The translations under genes were made by a program, and so were the position numbers. Below the pieces are notes generated by a model. It searched no databases. It was not told the origin of the DNA and saw nothing but the letters and a program-made list of their open reading frames with translations. Positions 1-9,661 of a DNA stretch of 64,000 bases are shown in pieces. The number at the start of each line of letters is the position of its first letter. The stretch's first letter is position 1. The DNA is from Lachnospiraceae bacterium (GTDB lineage: Bacteria; Bacillota; Clostridia; Lachnospirales; Lachnospiraceae), in the NCBI GenBank assembly GCA_024687205.1, contig JAILES010000081.1:5657-69656 (forward strand), given 5' to 3'.

Positions 1-2513
1 CCGCCGTCAAAAACAGGATCGACACCAATGTTATTGAAATTCTTGGTAGCAAGAGTACCTCTTTCAACATCAGCTCCGTCAACAGGTGTATGACCTGCCA
101 TAGGAGGAATGATGTTCACATATACTTCGTCAGCATTCAGAACAATATCCTGATATGAGTTAAGTGCCTGATTTGCAGCATTTATCTTCTCAAGACGGAG
201 CTTTGTCTGATCTGCCTTAAGGACTGCTGAATCAATAACAATTGCATATTCATCGTTAGTTGTCCATACATTGTCAAGACCCTTAACATCAACACTTCCT
301 ACTATATCTCCGCCCAGGCCCTTGGTAGCTGCAACAGTAGTATACTCTCCATCACCATCGCATCCGACTATGACATTCTTAAGTATCTCATTATTTGAAA
401 CGGCCCTTACACGATATGTTCCGGCTTCAAGGCCCGAGATAACAAGGCAGTCATGCGGTTCAGGAACTGCCGTTTCCGGATTAGGACACATACGAGACTC
501 TGTTCCTGTCACGCGTCCCTGAGGAACTGCTTCCTTAACTATCATCACGATATTGGAAGCCGATCCTGTCCATCTGGTAGCGGTTCCCTTGACACCCATA
601 TCAACAGTTTCATAGGAATGACGTATATCACCATTTACAATGCTGATACCTGCCTGTGCAGGATATACATCAGCTGTTCCCTTGAAGATATCAGCTTTAT
701 AAACTACCGCTGCGTTAGCATTGATCACACGGTTCTGGGTGTTCTCCATTCTCATTTCCACGAACTTATCATCGCCGTAGATACCTGCTATCTTAACGCT
801 TTCTTTTTCAGCAGCATTATAATTGTTATGGTCTTTATCACCATAGAGACCGGGTGCAGTCTTGCCGGCAAATACCATCTTATCGAAATAAGATGCACCT
901 GTGGTAGCCATAGCTATAGCAACACCTGCGCTGTCGCAGTTGCCGTTTGCTTCCGCATCGGATACCTTTATAAGGGTACCGAAGGCATTATTTCTTGCCC
1001 AATACTTATCCGACTTGAACTCACCGTTCTTGTCCGCAGTATAATAGTTGCTTGCGGGTGAACCGTTTGTAGCTGTCCAGGTCACCTTATACTTCTTACT
1101 AGCTTCAAGGCCTGCTATTTTTGAATAATCCAGGCCATAAACAGCAGGATCCTCAACATACTTCTTGGTTTCTTTTCCTACTGTTCCGTCTTCATTGAAC
1201 ACATCCTGCTCAAGCTCGTACTGAACCTTGCCCCAGCCTGCGTTCTCATCATTCTTGATACGTACGAAGATAGTAGCATAACCCACATCTGTTACCTTTA
1301 CTATCTCATCATCACCTATAAGGTCATTACCCGGAATAGTATTACGGCTTACGGTATAGGTAATGCTTGATTTAAGGGTATATACACCGGCCTTGTTGAC
1401 CGAAACCACACTGATGGAGTTAACGCTGACCGGATCAGCTACATTCTTAACCTCTTCAACATCTTCATTATTTCGCCAGCCGTGCTCATTATCAAACACA
1501 TATGCTTCGCCCTTGAGTTCATCATCGGTACCGTCAGCATTCTTCTTAGCGTCATGATATATGGAATAAGTTCCCCAAACACCATTTTTGAAACCGTTCC
1601 ATGTATATCTGAGAGTATAATCATCATCGCTTCTGTACTGAAAATATGTACCAATCGCACATCCGCCGATCTTGGTAGCTTTTCTTCCTACTCCGTAGGA
1701 ATCATTGACCCAGATCACGCCGTCATTATCGATGTAATAATCCTTGTCCTTACCCTGTACAAGGCTGACCTTGGTCACATTATTAGCTACTTTATCGTGA
1801 AGCCATGCTTCGTTGGCAGATACCTGCAGACCACCGACTGTTACGACGCTGCCGGGAGTAATGGTCTGGAATGAAAGCTTGCTCTTGTCATCCTTATTCC
1901 AGCCTTCTGCAAGTTCGAATTTATATTCGTACTTGATCTTATCACTGAGATCGCTGCCTTCTACATATACGGGAGTATACTCGTCGTTATTCTTCATTGA
2001 AGCACCACTCGGTGTAACATATATAACCCTGTTTGTGTCATATATGCCGCCCTGATAATCATATTCACCTTCGGTGAAACGATAATTGGTGTTTCCGTAA
2101 AGAGATGCATTATTAGGAACAAATGAACGCGCAGCAGTAGCAGCAACGCCACCGGCGATAGCAAATGTTACAGCATCCTCCTCTGTCATCTCTTTCTTTA
2201 TCTCCACATCCCCTGCCTCTTCTCCGGCAGTTTCTGCGGGAGCTGCTACAACTTCGGGAGCAGCCTCTTCAACTGCTTCGTCAGCTGCGGGTGCAGCTTC
2301 GGTATTCTCTTCGGCAACGACTGCTTCTTCAACAGGCGCTTCCGTTGCTACCTCAGCATCATCGACAAATTCGTCTTCGACTGCTTCGGCGTCGGTTTCT
2401 TCGTCCACAAAGTCAACAACCGCATCTTCATCAGCAGCTGCATAGACCGGTGTGGGCACGCTTGAAATCGTTGTTACGACTGCAAGCAGCATGGCAAGTA
2501 ACCTTTTCTTCAT
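1..2513 (-). CDS. Large secreted/cell-surface protein, >837 aa, 3' end beyond the window (not in the ORF track)
   Basis: ATG at 2513 with RBS GAAAGGAG 7 nt upstream. No stop seen in the frame checked from 2513 toward base 3. N-terminus MKKRLLAMLLAVVTTISSVPTPVYA is a Sec-type signal peptide, followed by an ~85-aa Ala/Glu/Asp/Val-rich stretch and a beta-rich-looking body. Confidence 0.85.
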   Translation of the reverse strand, partial: MKKRLLAMLLAVVTTISSVPTPVYAAADEDAVVDFVDEETDAEAVEDEFVDDAEVATEAPVEEAVVAEENTEAAPAADEAVEEAAPEVVAAPAETAGEEAGDVEIKKEMTEEDAVTFAIAGGVAATAARSFVPNNASLYGNTNYRFTEGEYDYQGGIYDTNRVIYVTPSGASMKNNDEYTPVYVEGSDLSDKIKYEYKFELAEGWNKDDKSKLSFQTITPGSVVTVGGLQVSANEAWLHDKVANNVTKVSLVQGKDKDYYIDNDGVIWVNDSYGVGRKATKIGGCAIGTYFQYRSDDDYTLRYTWNGFKNGVWGTYSIYHDAKKNADGTDDELKGEAYVFDNEHGWRNNEDVEEVKNVADPVSVNSISVVSVNKAGVYTLKSSITYTVSRNTIPGNDLIGDDEIVKVTDVGYATIFVRIKNDENAGWGKVQYELEQDVFNEDGTVGKETKKYVEDPAVYGLDYSKIAGLEASKKYKVTWTATNGSPASNYYTADKNGEFKSDKYWARNNAFGTLIKVSDAEANGNCDSAGVAIAMATTGASYFDKMVFAGKTAPGLYGDKDHNNYNAAEKESVKIAGIYGDDKFVEMRMENTQNRVINANAAVVYKADIFKGTADVYPAQAGISIVNGDIRHSYETVDMGVKGTATRWTGSASNIVMIVKEAVPQGRVTGTESRMCPNPETAVPEPHDCLVISGLEAGTYRVRAVSNNEILKNVIVGCDGDGEYTTVAATKGLGGDIVGSVDVKGLDNVWTTNDEYAIVIDSAVLKADQTKLRLEKINAANQALNSYQDIVLNADEVYVNIIPPMAGHTPVDGADVERGTLATKNFNNIGVDPVFDG

Positions 2514-2548
2514 GCTTTTTCTCCTTTCGTTTTTTTCGGGTCTCCGGT

Positions 2549-2593
2549 CCCGTTCTTTAGCGGAACGGGTATTGTCCCGTGTTTGGGGACAAT
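2549..2593 (-). other. Two tandem hairpins in the ~100-nt 5' UTR of the surface protein gene
   Basis: CCCGTTC/GAACGGG (2549-2569) and ATTGTCCC/GGGACAAT (2571-2593) inverted repeats. Confidence 0.6.
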
Positions 2594-2624
2594 CTACCCC
2601 TCCCACTTTTACACTATCGGTGAA

Positions 2625-2653
2625 AGTTTACCACTTTATTATGGTGATGACAA
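2625..2653 (-). promoter_or_regulatory. SigA-type promoter of the surface protein gene
   Basis: TTGTCA (2653-2648), 17 nt, TAAACT (2630-2625), with A/T tracts upstream. Confidence 0.7.
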
Positions 2654-2782
2654 TACTTTTTGAGAAAAAAAGACACAATTTGGACATATTTGTAAAAAAG
2701 ATTACGAAAAAAAGAAAAAATAATATATTTTTGACCCCGTTTTTTGAGAAGCGCTCTCCGAAAGGCCGTAATTACGGCTGTC

Positions 2783-3817
2783 TTAGATTATCCCCTCCGG
2801 TATCCGGTCGGTCACCCTCTTTAATTTGGCATCGATCATCAGCTTCTCGGCTTCGGCGGCATTTATGCCCCTGCTTTCCATATAAAAGAGCATATCCGGC
2901 GACAGTTTGCCCGAAGTATGGGCATGACGGCCGCTGATCTTCTCTTCCTCGCCGAGGATCATGGGTATCGCACGGTTCACCATATCCTTGCCCAGTGTCA
3001 GGACGTTCTCCTCCTCGTCTCCCTCGGCATCAACGGCTCCGTTACGGAAATCCAGGGTATCGCGCATGATCTTCCTGGCATTATCCTTAAGCACGCCCTC
3101 AAAGCGCATCACACCCTTGCTCTTCCTGCCCCGGAAGGTATCCACATAGTTGAAATCCAGCAGACTGTCCTTTTCGCCCACATAAGCCACATCGGCTCTG
3201 AATTCGCTCTCGTATCCCCACTGGTCCGCATAAGCACCGGCATAGACCGTGCCGGCCCCCAGCTGTACCGAGGTATAATCCATCTTCGCCCTGTCCATGA
3301 GCCTGCAGCCCATATCGTCCAGGTAAGTATAGTCCTTGGCAAGCTTCTGTATCCTTATCAGATGGAATTTTGCATCTTCTTCAAGATACACTTTCACACT
3401 GACTGCTGCCTGACCCTTTCCTTCCCCGGTGAAAATCTGCACAAAAGAAGCTTCCACGCCCTTTTCCACGTGGATATAGATGGCTTTCCTGAAGTCCGCA
3501 CCGTCTTCAAGCTTATACTCCTGCTTTACCGGCTCCTTCGAGGACTCGTTTATCTCAAGCACTTCCACGGCCCCCAGATATTCGTCCATCTCCGCGCCCA
3601 GTCCCGTAGGAAAAGCCTGCTCCCTGTACATGGGTATCTTACAGGCGATAACTTTCTCTTCGGGGGACTCTTCGGAAAACCACGGGGACGGACCTTGTGG
3701 TCCTGAAGGACCACAAGGTCCGTCCCCATGGTTTCCCTTCACTTCCGCAATGCTTTCATTCATTTTTAATTTATTCCAGGTCAGCACCGGCAGGTGGTTT
3801 AAATGCATCTCACTCAT
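2783..3817 (-). CDS. sufD: SufD family Fe-S cluster assembly protein, with an in-frame palindromic insertion
   Basis: SufBD beta-helix C-terminal motifs (PMILGEEE..GRHAHTSGKL..LFYMESRGI). Third gene of a sufC-sufB-sufD run with overlapping stop/start codons. Confidence 0.85.
   Translation of the reverse strand: MSEMHLNHLPVLTWNKLKMNESIAEVKGNHGDGPCGPSGPQGPSPWFSEESPEEKVIACKIPMYREQAFPTGLGAEMDEYLGAVEVLEINESSKEPVKQEYKLEDGADFRKAIYIHVEKGVEASFVQIFTGEGKGQAAVSVKVYLEEDAKFHLIRIQKLAKDYTYLDDMGCRLMDRAKMDYTSVQLGAGTVYAGAYADQWGYESEFRADVAYVGEKDSLLDFNYVDTFRGRKSKGVMRFEGVLKDNARKIMRDTLDFRNGAVDAEGDEEENVLTLGKDMVNRAIPMILGEEEKISGRHAHTSGKLSPDMLFYMESRGINAAEAEKLMIDAKLKRVTDRIPEGII
3677..3734. repeat. 58-bp palindromic (REP-like) element inside sufD
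   Basis: AAACCACGGGGACGGACCTTGTGGTCC-TGAA-GGACCACAAGGTCCGTCCCCATGGTTT: 27-bp arms with 1 mismatch. Confidence 0.9.
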
Positions 3818-5217
3818 CAGCCCGTCTCCATTTCCAGCTTGATCAGATTGTTCATCTCGGCCGCGTATTCCAGCGGCAGTTCCTTGCTCACGGGACTTGC
3901 AAATCCGCTGACTATCATTGCTTTCGCCGCAGCTTCGCTCATGCCCCTGCTCATCATATAAAATACCGCATCATCACTGATACGTCCTATCTTTGCCTCA
4001 TGTCCCACATCCGCTGTATCGGTCCTGATATCCATGGCAGGCACGGTATCCGATCTCGACTCGGAATCGATCATCAGCGAACCGCAGTTAACTGAAGCCT
4101 TTGAATACAGCGCCGTTGGTCTTATCTCCACGGAGCTCCTGTAGGTATTGATACCGCCGCCCTTGGTTATGGACTTGGTATCTATGAAACTCGAAGTATG
4201 CTTTCCTATATGTATCACCTTCGCGCCGGTATCCAGGTTCTGGGTCGCGCCCGCAAAGGTCACACCGGTAAATTCGCTGTGGGAGTGGTCTCCCTTTAAT
4301 ATCGAAGTCGGATACAGATAGGAAACATGGGAACCGAAGGAACCCGATATCCACTCTATGGTTCCGCCCTCTTCACAGATCGCGCGCTTCGTGTTTAAGT
4401 TGTACATATTCTTGGACCAGTTCTCGATGGTGGAGTAGCGCAGATGCGCATTCTTCCCCACAAAGAGCTCCACGCAGCCTGCGTGCAGATTGGCGATATT
4501 GTACTTGGGCGCCGAGCAGCCTTCGATGAAATGCACATCAGCTCCCTCATCGACGATTATCAGCGTATGCTCAAACTGTCCCGCTCCCGGTGCATTGAGT
4601 CTGAAATAAGACTGCAGCGGTATCTCCACCTTAGCTCCCGGAGGCGCATAAACAAAGGATCCGCCGCTCCACACTGCGCCATGCAGCGCGGCAAATTTAT
4701 GATCGTTCACAGGCACCAGCTTCATGAAATGGTCTTTCACCATCTGCTCGTACTTGCCTGTGATCGCACTCTCCATATCTGTGTAGACCACGCCCTGGTC
4801 TTCCACTTCTTTTTTCACATTGTGATAGACTATCTCGGAATCGTACTGCGCACCTACGCCGGCCAGGGCTTCACGCTCGGCCTGGGGTATGCCCAGCTTC
4901 TCAAAAGCATTCTTGATGTCCGCAGGCACTTCGTCCCAGCTGCCCACCATCTTGGTCTTGGGCTTCACATAGGTCACGATATTATTAAGATCCAGTCCGT
5001 CAATCGGAGGACCCCAGTCCGGGATCTCCATTTCCTTATATACTTTCAGGGCATTCAGACGGAATTCCAGCATCCACTCGGGATCGTGCTTCTCCTTCGA
5101 TATCTCCCTTATGATATCCTCGGTCAGGCCCGCATCTACCTTGTAGAAATCCTCGTCCCTCTCTTCATCCCTGAAGTCATATATCGAAGGCTCTTTTACC
5201 TCTTTGATATCACTCAT
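3817..5217 (-). CDS. sufB: Fe-S cluster assembly scaffold SufB
   Basis: 466 aa. GVGAQYDSE, FAALHGAVWSGGSF, QSYFRLN, QFEHTLII, FIEGCSAP, LHAGCVE, HEAKIGRI motifs. Confidence 0.95.
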   Translation of the reverse strand: MSDIKEVKEPSIYDFRDEERDEDFYKVDAGLTEDIIREISKEKHDPEWMLEFRLNALKVYKEMEIPDWGPPIDGLDLNNIVTYVKPKTKMVGSWDEVPADIKNAFEKLGIPQAEREALAGVGAQYDSEIVYHNVKKEVEDQGVVYTDMESAITGKYEQMVKDHFMKLVPVNDHKFAALHGAVWSGGSFVYAPPGAKVEIPLQSYFRLNAPGAGQFEHTLIIVDEGADVHFIEGCSAPKYNIANLHAGCVELFVGKNAHLRYSTIENWSKNMYNLNTKRAICEEGGTIEWISGSFGSHVSYLYPTSILKGDHSHSEFTGVTFAGATQNLDTGAKVIHIGKHTSSFIDTKSITKGGGINTYRSSVEIRPTALYSKASVNCGSLMIDSESRSDTVPAMDIRTDTADVGHEAKIGRISDDAVFYMMSRGMSEAAAKAMIVSGFASPVSKELPLEYAAEMNNLIKLEMETG

Positions 5218-5953
5218 TCTTTAAACCCTCAAAACCTCCGGCGTTAATGGTCTCCACAAGTTCGGCACCGCCTTCCTTGACTACCTTTCCGTCCACGATC
5301 ACGTGGGTAGCGTCTACGTTAAGGCCTTCCAGTATCCTGGTGGAATGCGTGATGATCAGCAGTGTTCCGCCGTTCTTTCTGAATATATCAACGCCCTTGG
5401 ATACGATACGCACCGCATCCACATCCAGGCCCGAATCCGTTTCGTCAAGTATCGCAAACTTAGGCTCCAGCATTAAGAGCTGGAAGATCTCTGCCTTCTT
5501 CTTCTCGCCTCCTGAAAAACCGACATTCAAATCTCTCTGCACATAAGCCTCATCCATATCCAGCAGGCTGCAGGTCTCTTCAAGTTTCTTCTTAAACTGG
5601 AAGATCTTTATGGCCTTGCCTGTGCGCTCTCTTAAGGCACTTCTTATGAAGTTGTCCATCGTAAGTCCCGGCACCTCAAGCGGATTCTGGAAACTCATGA
5701 ACAGCCCCGCTTTTGCCCTTTCATCCACAGACATTTCCGTAAGATCCTTACCGTCAAAGATCATGCTTCCCGAATTCACTTTATATACGGGGTTTCCCAT
5801 GATCACGTTGCCAAGCGTTGATTTGCCGGCACCGTTGGGTCCCATCAGCACATGTGTCTCTCCTGCTGCTATACGAAGGTCTACTCCCTTAAGTATCTCT
5901 TCGCCCTCGATGCCTGCATGCAGGTCTTTTATATCAAGTATGTATTCAGACAT
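5210..5953 (-). CDS. sufC: Fe-S cluster assembly ATPase SufC
   Basis: GPNGAGKST Walker A, FSGGEKKK signature, LDETDSGLDVDA. Confidence 0.95.
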   Translation of the reverse strand: MSEYILDIKDLHAGIEGEEILKGVDLRIAAGETHVLMGPNGAGKSTLGNVIMGNPVYKVNSGSMIFDGKDLTEMSVDERAKAGLFMSFQNPLEVPGLTMDNFIRSALRERTGKAIKIFQFKKKLEETCSLLDMDEAYVQRDLNVGFSGGEKKKAEIFQLLMLEPKFAILDETDSGLDVDAVRIVSKGVDIFRKNGGTLLIITHSTRILEGLNVDATHVIVDGKVVKEGGAELVETINAGGFEGLKNE

Positions 5954-5997
5954 AACTGCTCCTTTTTATCTGGTTTGTCTTTGCTTACTGAACTTCC

Positions 5998-6027
5998 ATA
6001 ATACCTTATGCCAAGCTTTTCTGTCAA
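5998..6027 (-). promoter_or_regulatory. Probable SigA promoter of the suf operon
   Basis: TTGACA (6027-6022, overlapping the upstream stop codon), 18 nt, TATTAT. Confidence 0.5.
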
Positions 6028-8069
6028 GTTTTCTCCTGCCCTGTCAGATACAGTTCTTTCGCATATTTCAGCATTTCCTTATCTATCTTTCCGGCTTCTG
6101 CTTCTTCGTCCATTATCTCAAAAGCTGCCTCAACCGATTTCGGTTTTTTATAAGGACGGTCATCGGCTATCAGGGAATCGTAGATATCCATAACCGTAAG
6201 TATCCTGGTCATCACATCCAGATCTTTTTTGTCCAGCTTCTTCGGATAGCCCTTGCCGTTCAGCAGTTCGTGATGATTGGCTGCCATGGCTCGCACGTCC
6301 CTGTATTCATCGCCGAAGACCATATGGGAAAGTATCTTGTCCGTGTATACCACGTGGCTCTGCATTATCGTACGTTCTTCTTCGGAAAGGGTTCCGCGTT
6401 CGATATGAAGATCAGCTTTTTCATCTTCCGTTAGATACGGTATGCTGCTGCCGTCTTCTTCCGTATAACAGCCGTCTTCCATATCCGCGATGATCTTCCA
6501 TTCCTCGTCACTTAAAGGGCGTCCGCAGTTAAAGGCTGCGATATTATCAAGAAACTTCTTTATCTTTTCTATCTCTTTTTCTGCAGCAACTCTGTCCCTT
6601 TTATCGGACAGTATATCATTCTCAAGTTTAAGCATGATGATCTTAAGTCTGTCCTTCAGACGTTCTTCCCTGCTTCCCAGCTTCGTGGGTTTATCCATTA
6701 CTTCCAAAGGTACATCCATCTTTCCTATATCATGCAGCATCGCCGCCAGATACAGCTGTTTCCTGTCGCTCTCGCTGAAACTTAATTCCGTCTTTTTTTC
6801 CTTATGCAGTTCGTTTATATGATCCAGCATTTCCATGCAGCGTTTTGCAACATTCTTTGTATGGTTTGCGTTATAAGGCGTACGGCCTTCTATCGCTTCC
6901 GCAAAAGCCTCTGCCATTGAGAAGAGCATACGCTGTGTATCCCGCTGACGTCTCTTCAGCAGCTCCGTATACTTATATAACAGGCTTAAGATGAACAGCA
7001 GGAAGAAACCCGCCAGCACCGCGGTAAGAGGTAATTTGTATGAGAATATTCCGAACACTGCTGCCGCCGCGATCACGTATCCTGCCATGAATACAGCCAG
7101 CAGCACTGCGCTTTTTTTCACCTGACTCTTTAACAGCAGCACAGCGAAAACCACCATCAATATGCCGATAAGAGGAAAAACAAGATATGCCGGCACGGCG
7201 CTGTTGGTCTTATTATGGAGCAGCGCTTCTATATAGTTGGCCTGTATCTCCACACCGTACATCTCCCGCGAATAATCACAGGGTACTTTATAAGAGTCCA
7301 GCATGCCACCGGTATAAGCTCCCACCAGCACTATCGAGCCTGCAAAATGCGAAGCCGGCACGCTCCCGTCCAGCACCTTTGCCATTGACACGGCTTCCAC
7401 CTCGCCGGGTTTCATCGAGTATGCCAGTTCTTCTCTTGTATCATATTCCGGAAGTTCTGAAAGCCTTGAAGCTATCACATAGGCAAAGCTTTTATATGAA
7501 GGCGGTATCTGAGTATATGCCGTCCTTACGATCCCGTCGCCATCGGTGATTACATTGGTGAAACCGTATTCCGCTGCTTCCGCCAGTTCCTTAAAAGGAG
7601 TATGTTCTTTACTTATATATGTCCTCGTATAATAAATGCCGTCCCTGCTCACCAGTTCCCTGTCGGACTCCAGCGAAGATGCCAGAACTACATTGCCTGC
7701 TTTCGACACGGCTTCTGTAAGTGCCGCATCCTCCTCCGAATCATTTGTTCCCGAGAAGATCACATCTATCCCTATTACCTCAGGTCTGTTCTCTTCATCT
7801 TCATTAAGTATCTCTATCAGTTTTGCAAAGTAATTCCTGTTCCAGTATGAGTATGGCCCCAGCACGTTCAGACTCTCATCATCGATGGCGATTATCTTTA
7901 TATCTTCCGTTATACCGTCAAGCTTCCTGTACAGATAATCTTCTCCGTAATTCTCTATACGCATCGGAATCCTGAAAACGGCGCACAGTGCCACGCCTGC
8001 TGCTACAGCCACCAGGCATAACGCGATGATCACCTTCTTTAACCGCTTGTTTTCTTTCTCAAACTGCAT
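6024..8069 (-). CDS. Membrane CHASE2-domain / HD-GYP phosphodiesterase (probable c-di-GMP hydrolase)
   Basis: N-terminal TM, CHASE2-like segment (IIAIDDESL..GPY..W.R..FAKLI..IGIDVIF; GVEIQANYIEAL), three TMs, AAMLHDIGK and HHELLNGKGYP motifs. Confidence 0.85.
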   Translation of the reverse strand: MQFEKENKRLKKVIIALCLVAVAAGVALCAVFRIPMRIENYGEDYLYRKLDGITEDIKIIAIDDESLNVLGPYSYWNRNYFAKLIEILNEDEENRPEVIGIDVIFSGTNDSEEDAALTEAVSKAGNVVLASSLESDRELVSRDGIYYTRTYISKEHTPFKELAEAAEYGFTNVITDGDGIVRTAYTQIPPSYKSFAYVIASRLSELPEYDTREELAYSMKPGEVEAVSMAKVLDGSVPASHFAGSIVLVGAYTGGMLDSYKVPCDYSREMYGVEIQANYIEALLHNKTNSAVPAYLVFPLIGILMVVFAVLLLKSQVKKSAVLLAVFMAGYVIAAAAVFGIFSYKLPLTAVLAGFFLLFILSLLYKYTELLKRRQRDTQRMLFSMAEAFAEAIEGRTPYNANHTKNVAKRCMEMLDHINELHKEKKTELSFSESDRKQLYLAAMLHDIGKMDVPLEVMDKPTKLGSREERLKDRLKIIMLKLENDILSDKRDRVAAEKEIEKIKKFLDNIAAFNCGRPLSDEEWKIIADMEDGCYTEEDGSSIPYLTEDEKADLHIERGTLSEEERTIMQSHVVYTDKILSHMVFGDEYRDVRAMAANHHELLNGKGYPKKLDKKDLDVMTRILTVMDIYDSLIADDRPYKKPKSVEAAFEIMDEEAEAGKIDKEMLKYAKELYLTGQEKT

Positions 8070-8218
8070 CCGCTCTCTCCGCTTCCTTACCTTTCTGCAT
8101 ACTCCGACAGTTTAACCCTCCCGTCACCCGGCTGTCAATGCCGTGCACATCTCTTGTATGCAATCCTGCTTCCATGTGTTAGAATGGACAGGTATATTTC
8201 AAAGAGGTGAAGACAAAG

Positions 8219-9610
8219 ATGGCGAAGAAACACGGATCACACAGAAAAAACAGCAATATCTTAAAAGCTGTGATCATTATAGTTGCGGCATCCCTGATAC
8301 TTGCCGTGATCACGACAGCGGTATTCCTGGGTCTGGGCAAGAATGCCGGAAACGCTGAAACCACAGCGGTTGCAGAAGAAACAGCTGCGTTAACAACATC
8401 AGCAGAAGAAAGCAGTGCAGAGGCAGTAAGGGAAGTCGTAAGTCTCGAACTGCCGGGAACAGACACTGAAAGTTCTGCGTCAGACGAAGCCGGAACAGAA
8501 AATACGTCAGAAAACATGGAAGAAAGCTCAGCTGACGACACTGAAGAAAACGCAGAAAAAAGCACAGGCGACACCGTCGTTGAAAACCCGGAAGAAAACG
8601 CTGAAGACAGCACAGAAAACACAGCGGAAGACAACCCGGCAGACGGATCAGAAAGTCCCCCGGAAGAAAACGCAACAGATAACACAAATGAGGACTCTGC
8701 AAATGACCCGGCAGATACCTCTGCCCCCTGTTTTCTCTCATTTACAAATTCACCGATAATAAAAGCAGGGGATGTTTTTGACATACACAAGTTCATCGGC
8801 TACGCGGACGATGTGGACAGGGATGTACAGATCACGATCAACGGCGAGATCGACAGCAGCACCATAGGAAAGTATCCTCTGGAGATCGTGCTCAGCGACG
8901 ATGCGGGACATACAGTCTCCAGAAACATGGAAGTAAACGTGGTAGCTGAGATACCTCCCTCGATCCCCACTGAAAAAAAGACCGAGGCCTTTTCCGATTT
9001 TCTCGCAGCTTACAAAACAGAACAGACAAGCGTCGGTATAGACGTTTCCAGATGGCAGGAGACCATCGATTTCGAAAAGGTGAAAGCTGCCGGCTGCGAG
9101 TTTGCCTATATAAGGATAGGCGGTCTTGACGACGGCGAACTCTATACAGACAGATACTACCTTAACAATATCCGCAATGCAAAGGCAGCGGGGCTCAAGG
9201 TCGGCATTTACTGGCACGCCGAGGAAGGCAGCGCCGCAGAAGTAAAGGCAAGCACCGCTTATCTTCTGAATGTACTTTCCGGAGAACAGCTGGATTTCCC
9301 CATAGCCTATGACTGGGAAGATTTCAAGAACTTCGAAAACTACGGGATGAACCTTAAGGACATAAACGACAATGCTTCCCTCTTTGCCTCCGAACTGGCC
9401 AAGGCCGGCTACCCTGCCTGCCTGTACAGCTCCAAATTCTTCCTTGAAAATGTATGGAGCAGCGTAAGCACCCCGGTATGGCTTGCCCATTATACGAAAG
9501 CTACTTCCTATCCCGGCCCATATTTCATCTGGCAGCATTCCTGCACCGGAAAGATCGACGGCATAGCCGGCGACGTGGACCTGGATGTGCTCTACATCAA
9601 TAAATTATAG
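8219..9610 (+). CDS. Membrane-anchored GH25 family muramidase with an acidic linker
   Basis: RBS GAGGTG before ATG 8219, single TM, Glu/Asn/Thr-rich linker, Ig-like segment, IDVSRWQ..FAYIRIG..YWH..YDWED..IWQH..VDLD. Confidence 0.85.
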   Translation: MAKKHGSHRKNSNILKAVIIIVAASLILAVITTAVFLGLGKNAGNAETTAVAEETAALTTSAEESSAEAVREVVSLELPGTDTESSASDEAGTENTSENMEESSADDTEENAEKSTGDTVVENPEENAEDSTENTAEDNPADGSESPPEENATDNTNEDSANDPADTSAPCFLSFTNSPIIKAGDVFDIHKFIGYADDVDRDVQITINGEIDSSTIGKYPLEIVLSDDAGHTVSRNMEVNVVAEIPPSIPTEKKTEAFSDFLAAYKTEQTSVGIDVSRWQETIDFEKVKAAGCEFAYIRIGGLDDGELYTDRYYLNNIRNAKAAGLKVGIYWHAEEGSAAEVKASTAYLLNVLSGEQLDFPIAYDWEDFKNFENYGMNLKDINDNASLFASELAKAGYPACLYSSKFFLENVWSSVSTPVWLAHYTKATSYPGPYFIWQHSCTGKIDGIAGDVDLDVLYINKL

Positions 9611-9634
9611 GGATCCGAGGCTATTGGTTGACAA

Positions 9635-9661
9635 TTAGCACTCGTCTCTTGACAGTGCTAA
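9635..9661 (+). promoter_or_regulatory. CIRCE element (HrcA operator)
   Basis: TTAGCACTC-N9-CAGTGCTAA, one mismatch to the TTAGCACTC-N9-GAGTGCTAA consensus, upstream of clpB. Confidence 0.85.

Noticed and set aside
2514-2640. Possible c-di-GMP-I riboswitch (GGTAAAC...) upstream of the surface protein
   Set aside because: GGTAAACT is better explained as the -10 box; no GAAA-tetraloop/receptor or GCAAAGC-type motifs follow
271-2937. Plus-strand ORFs in the track over 271-2937
   Set aside because: Antisense shadows of the long minus-strand surface protein gene and sufD; no RBS or protein-like features
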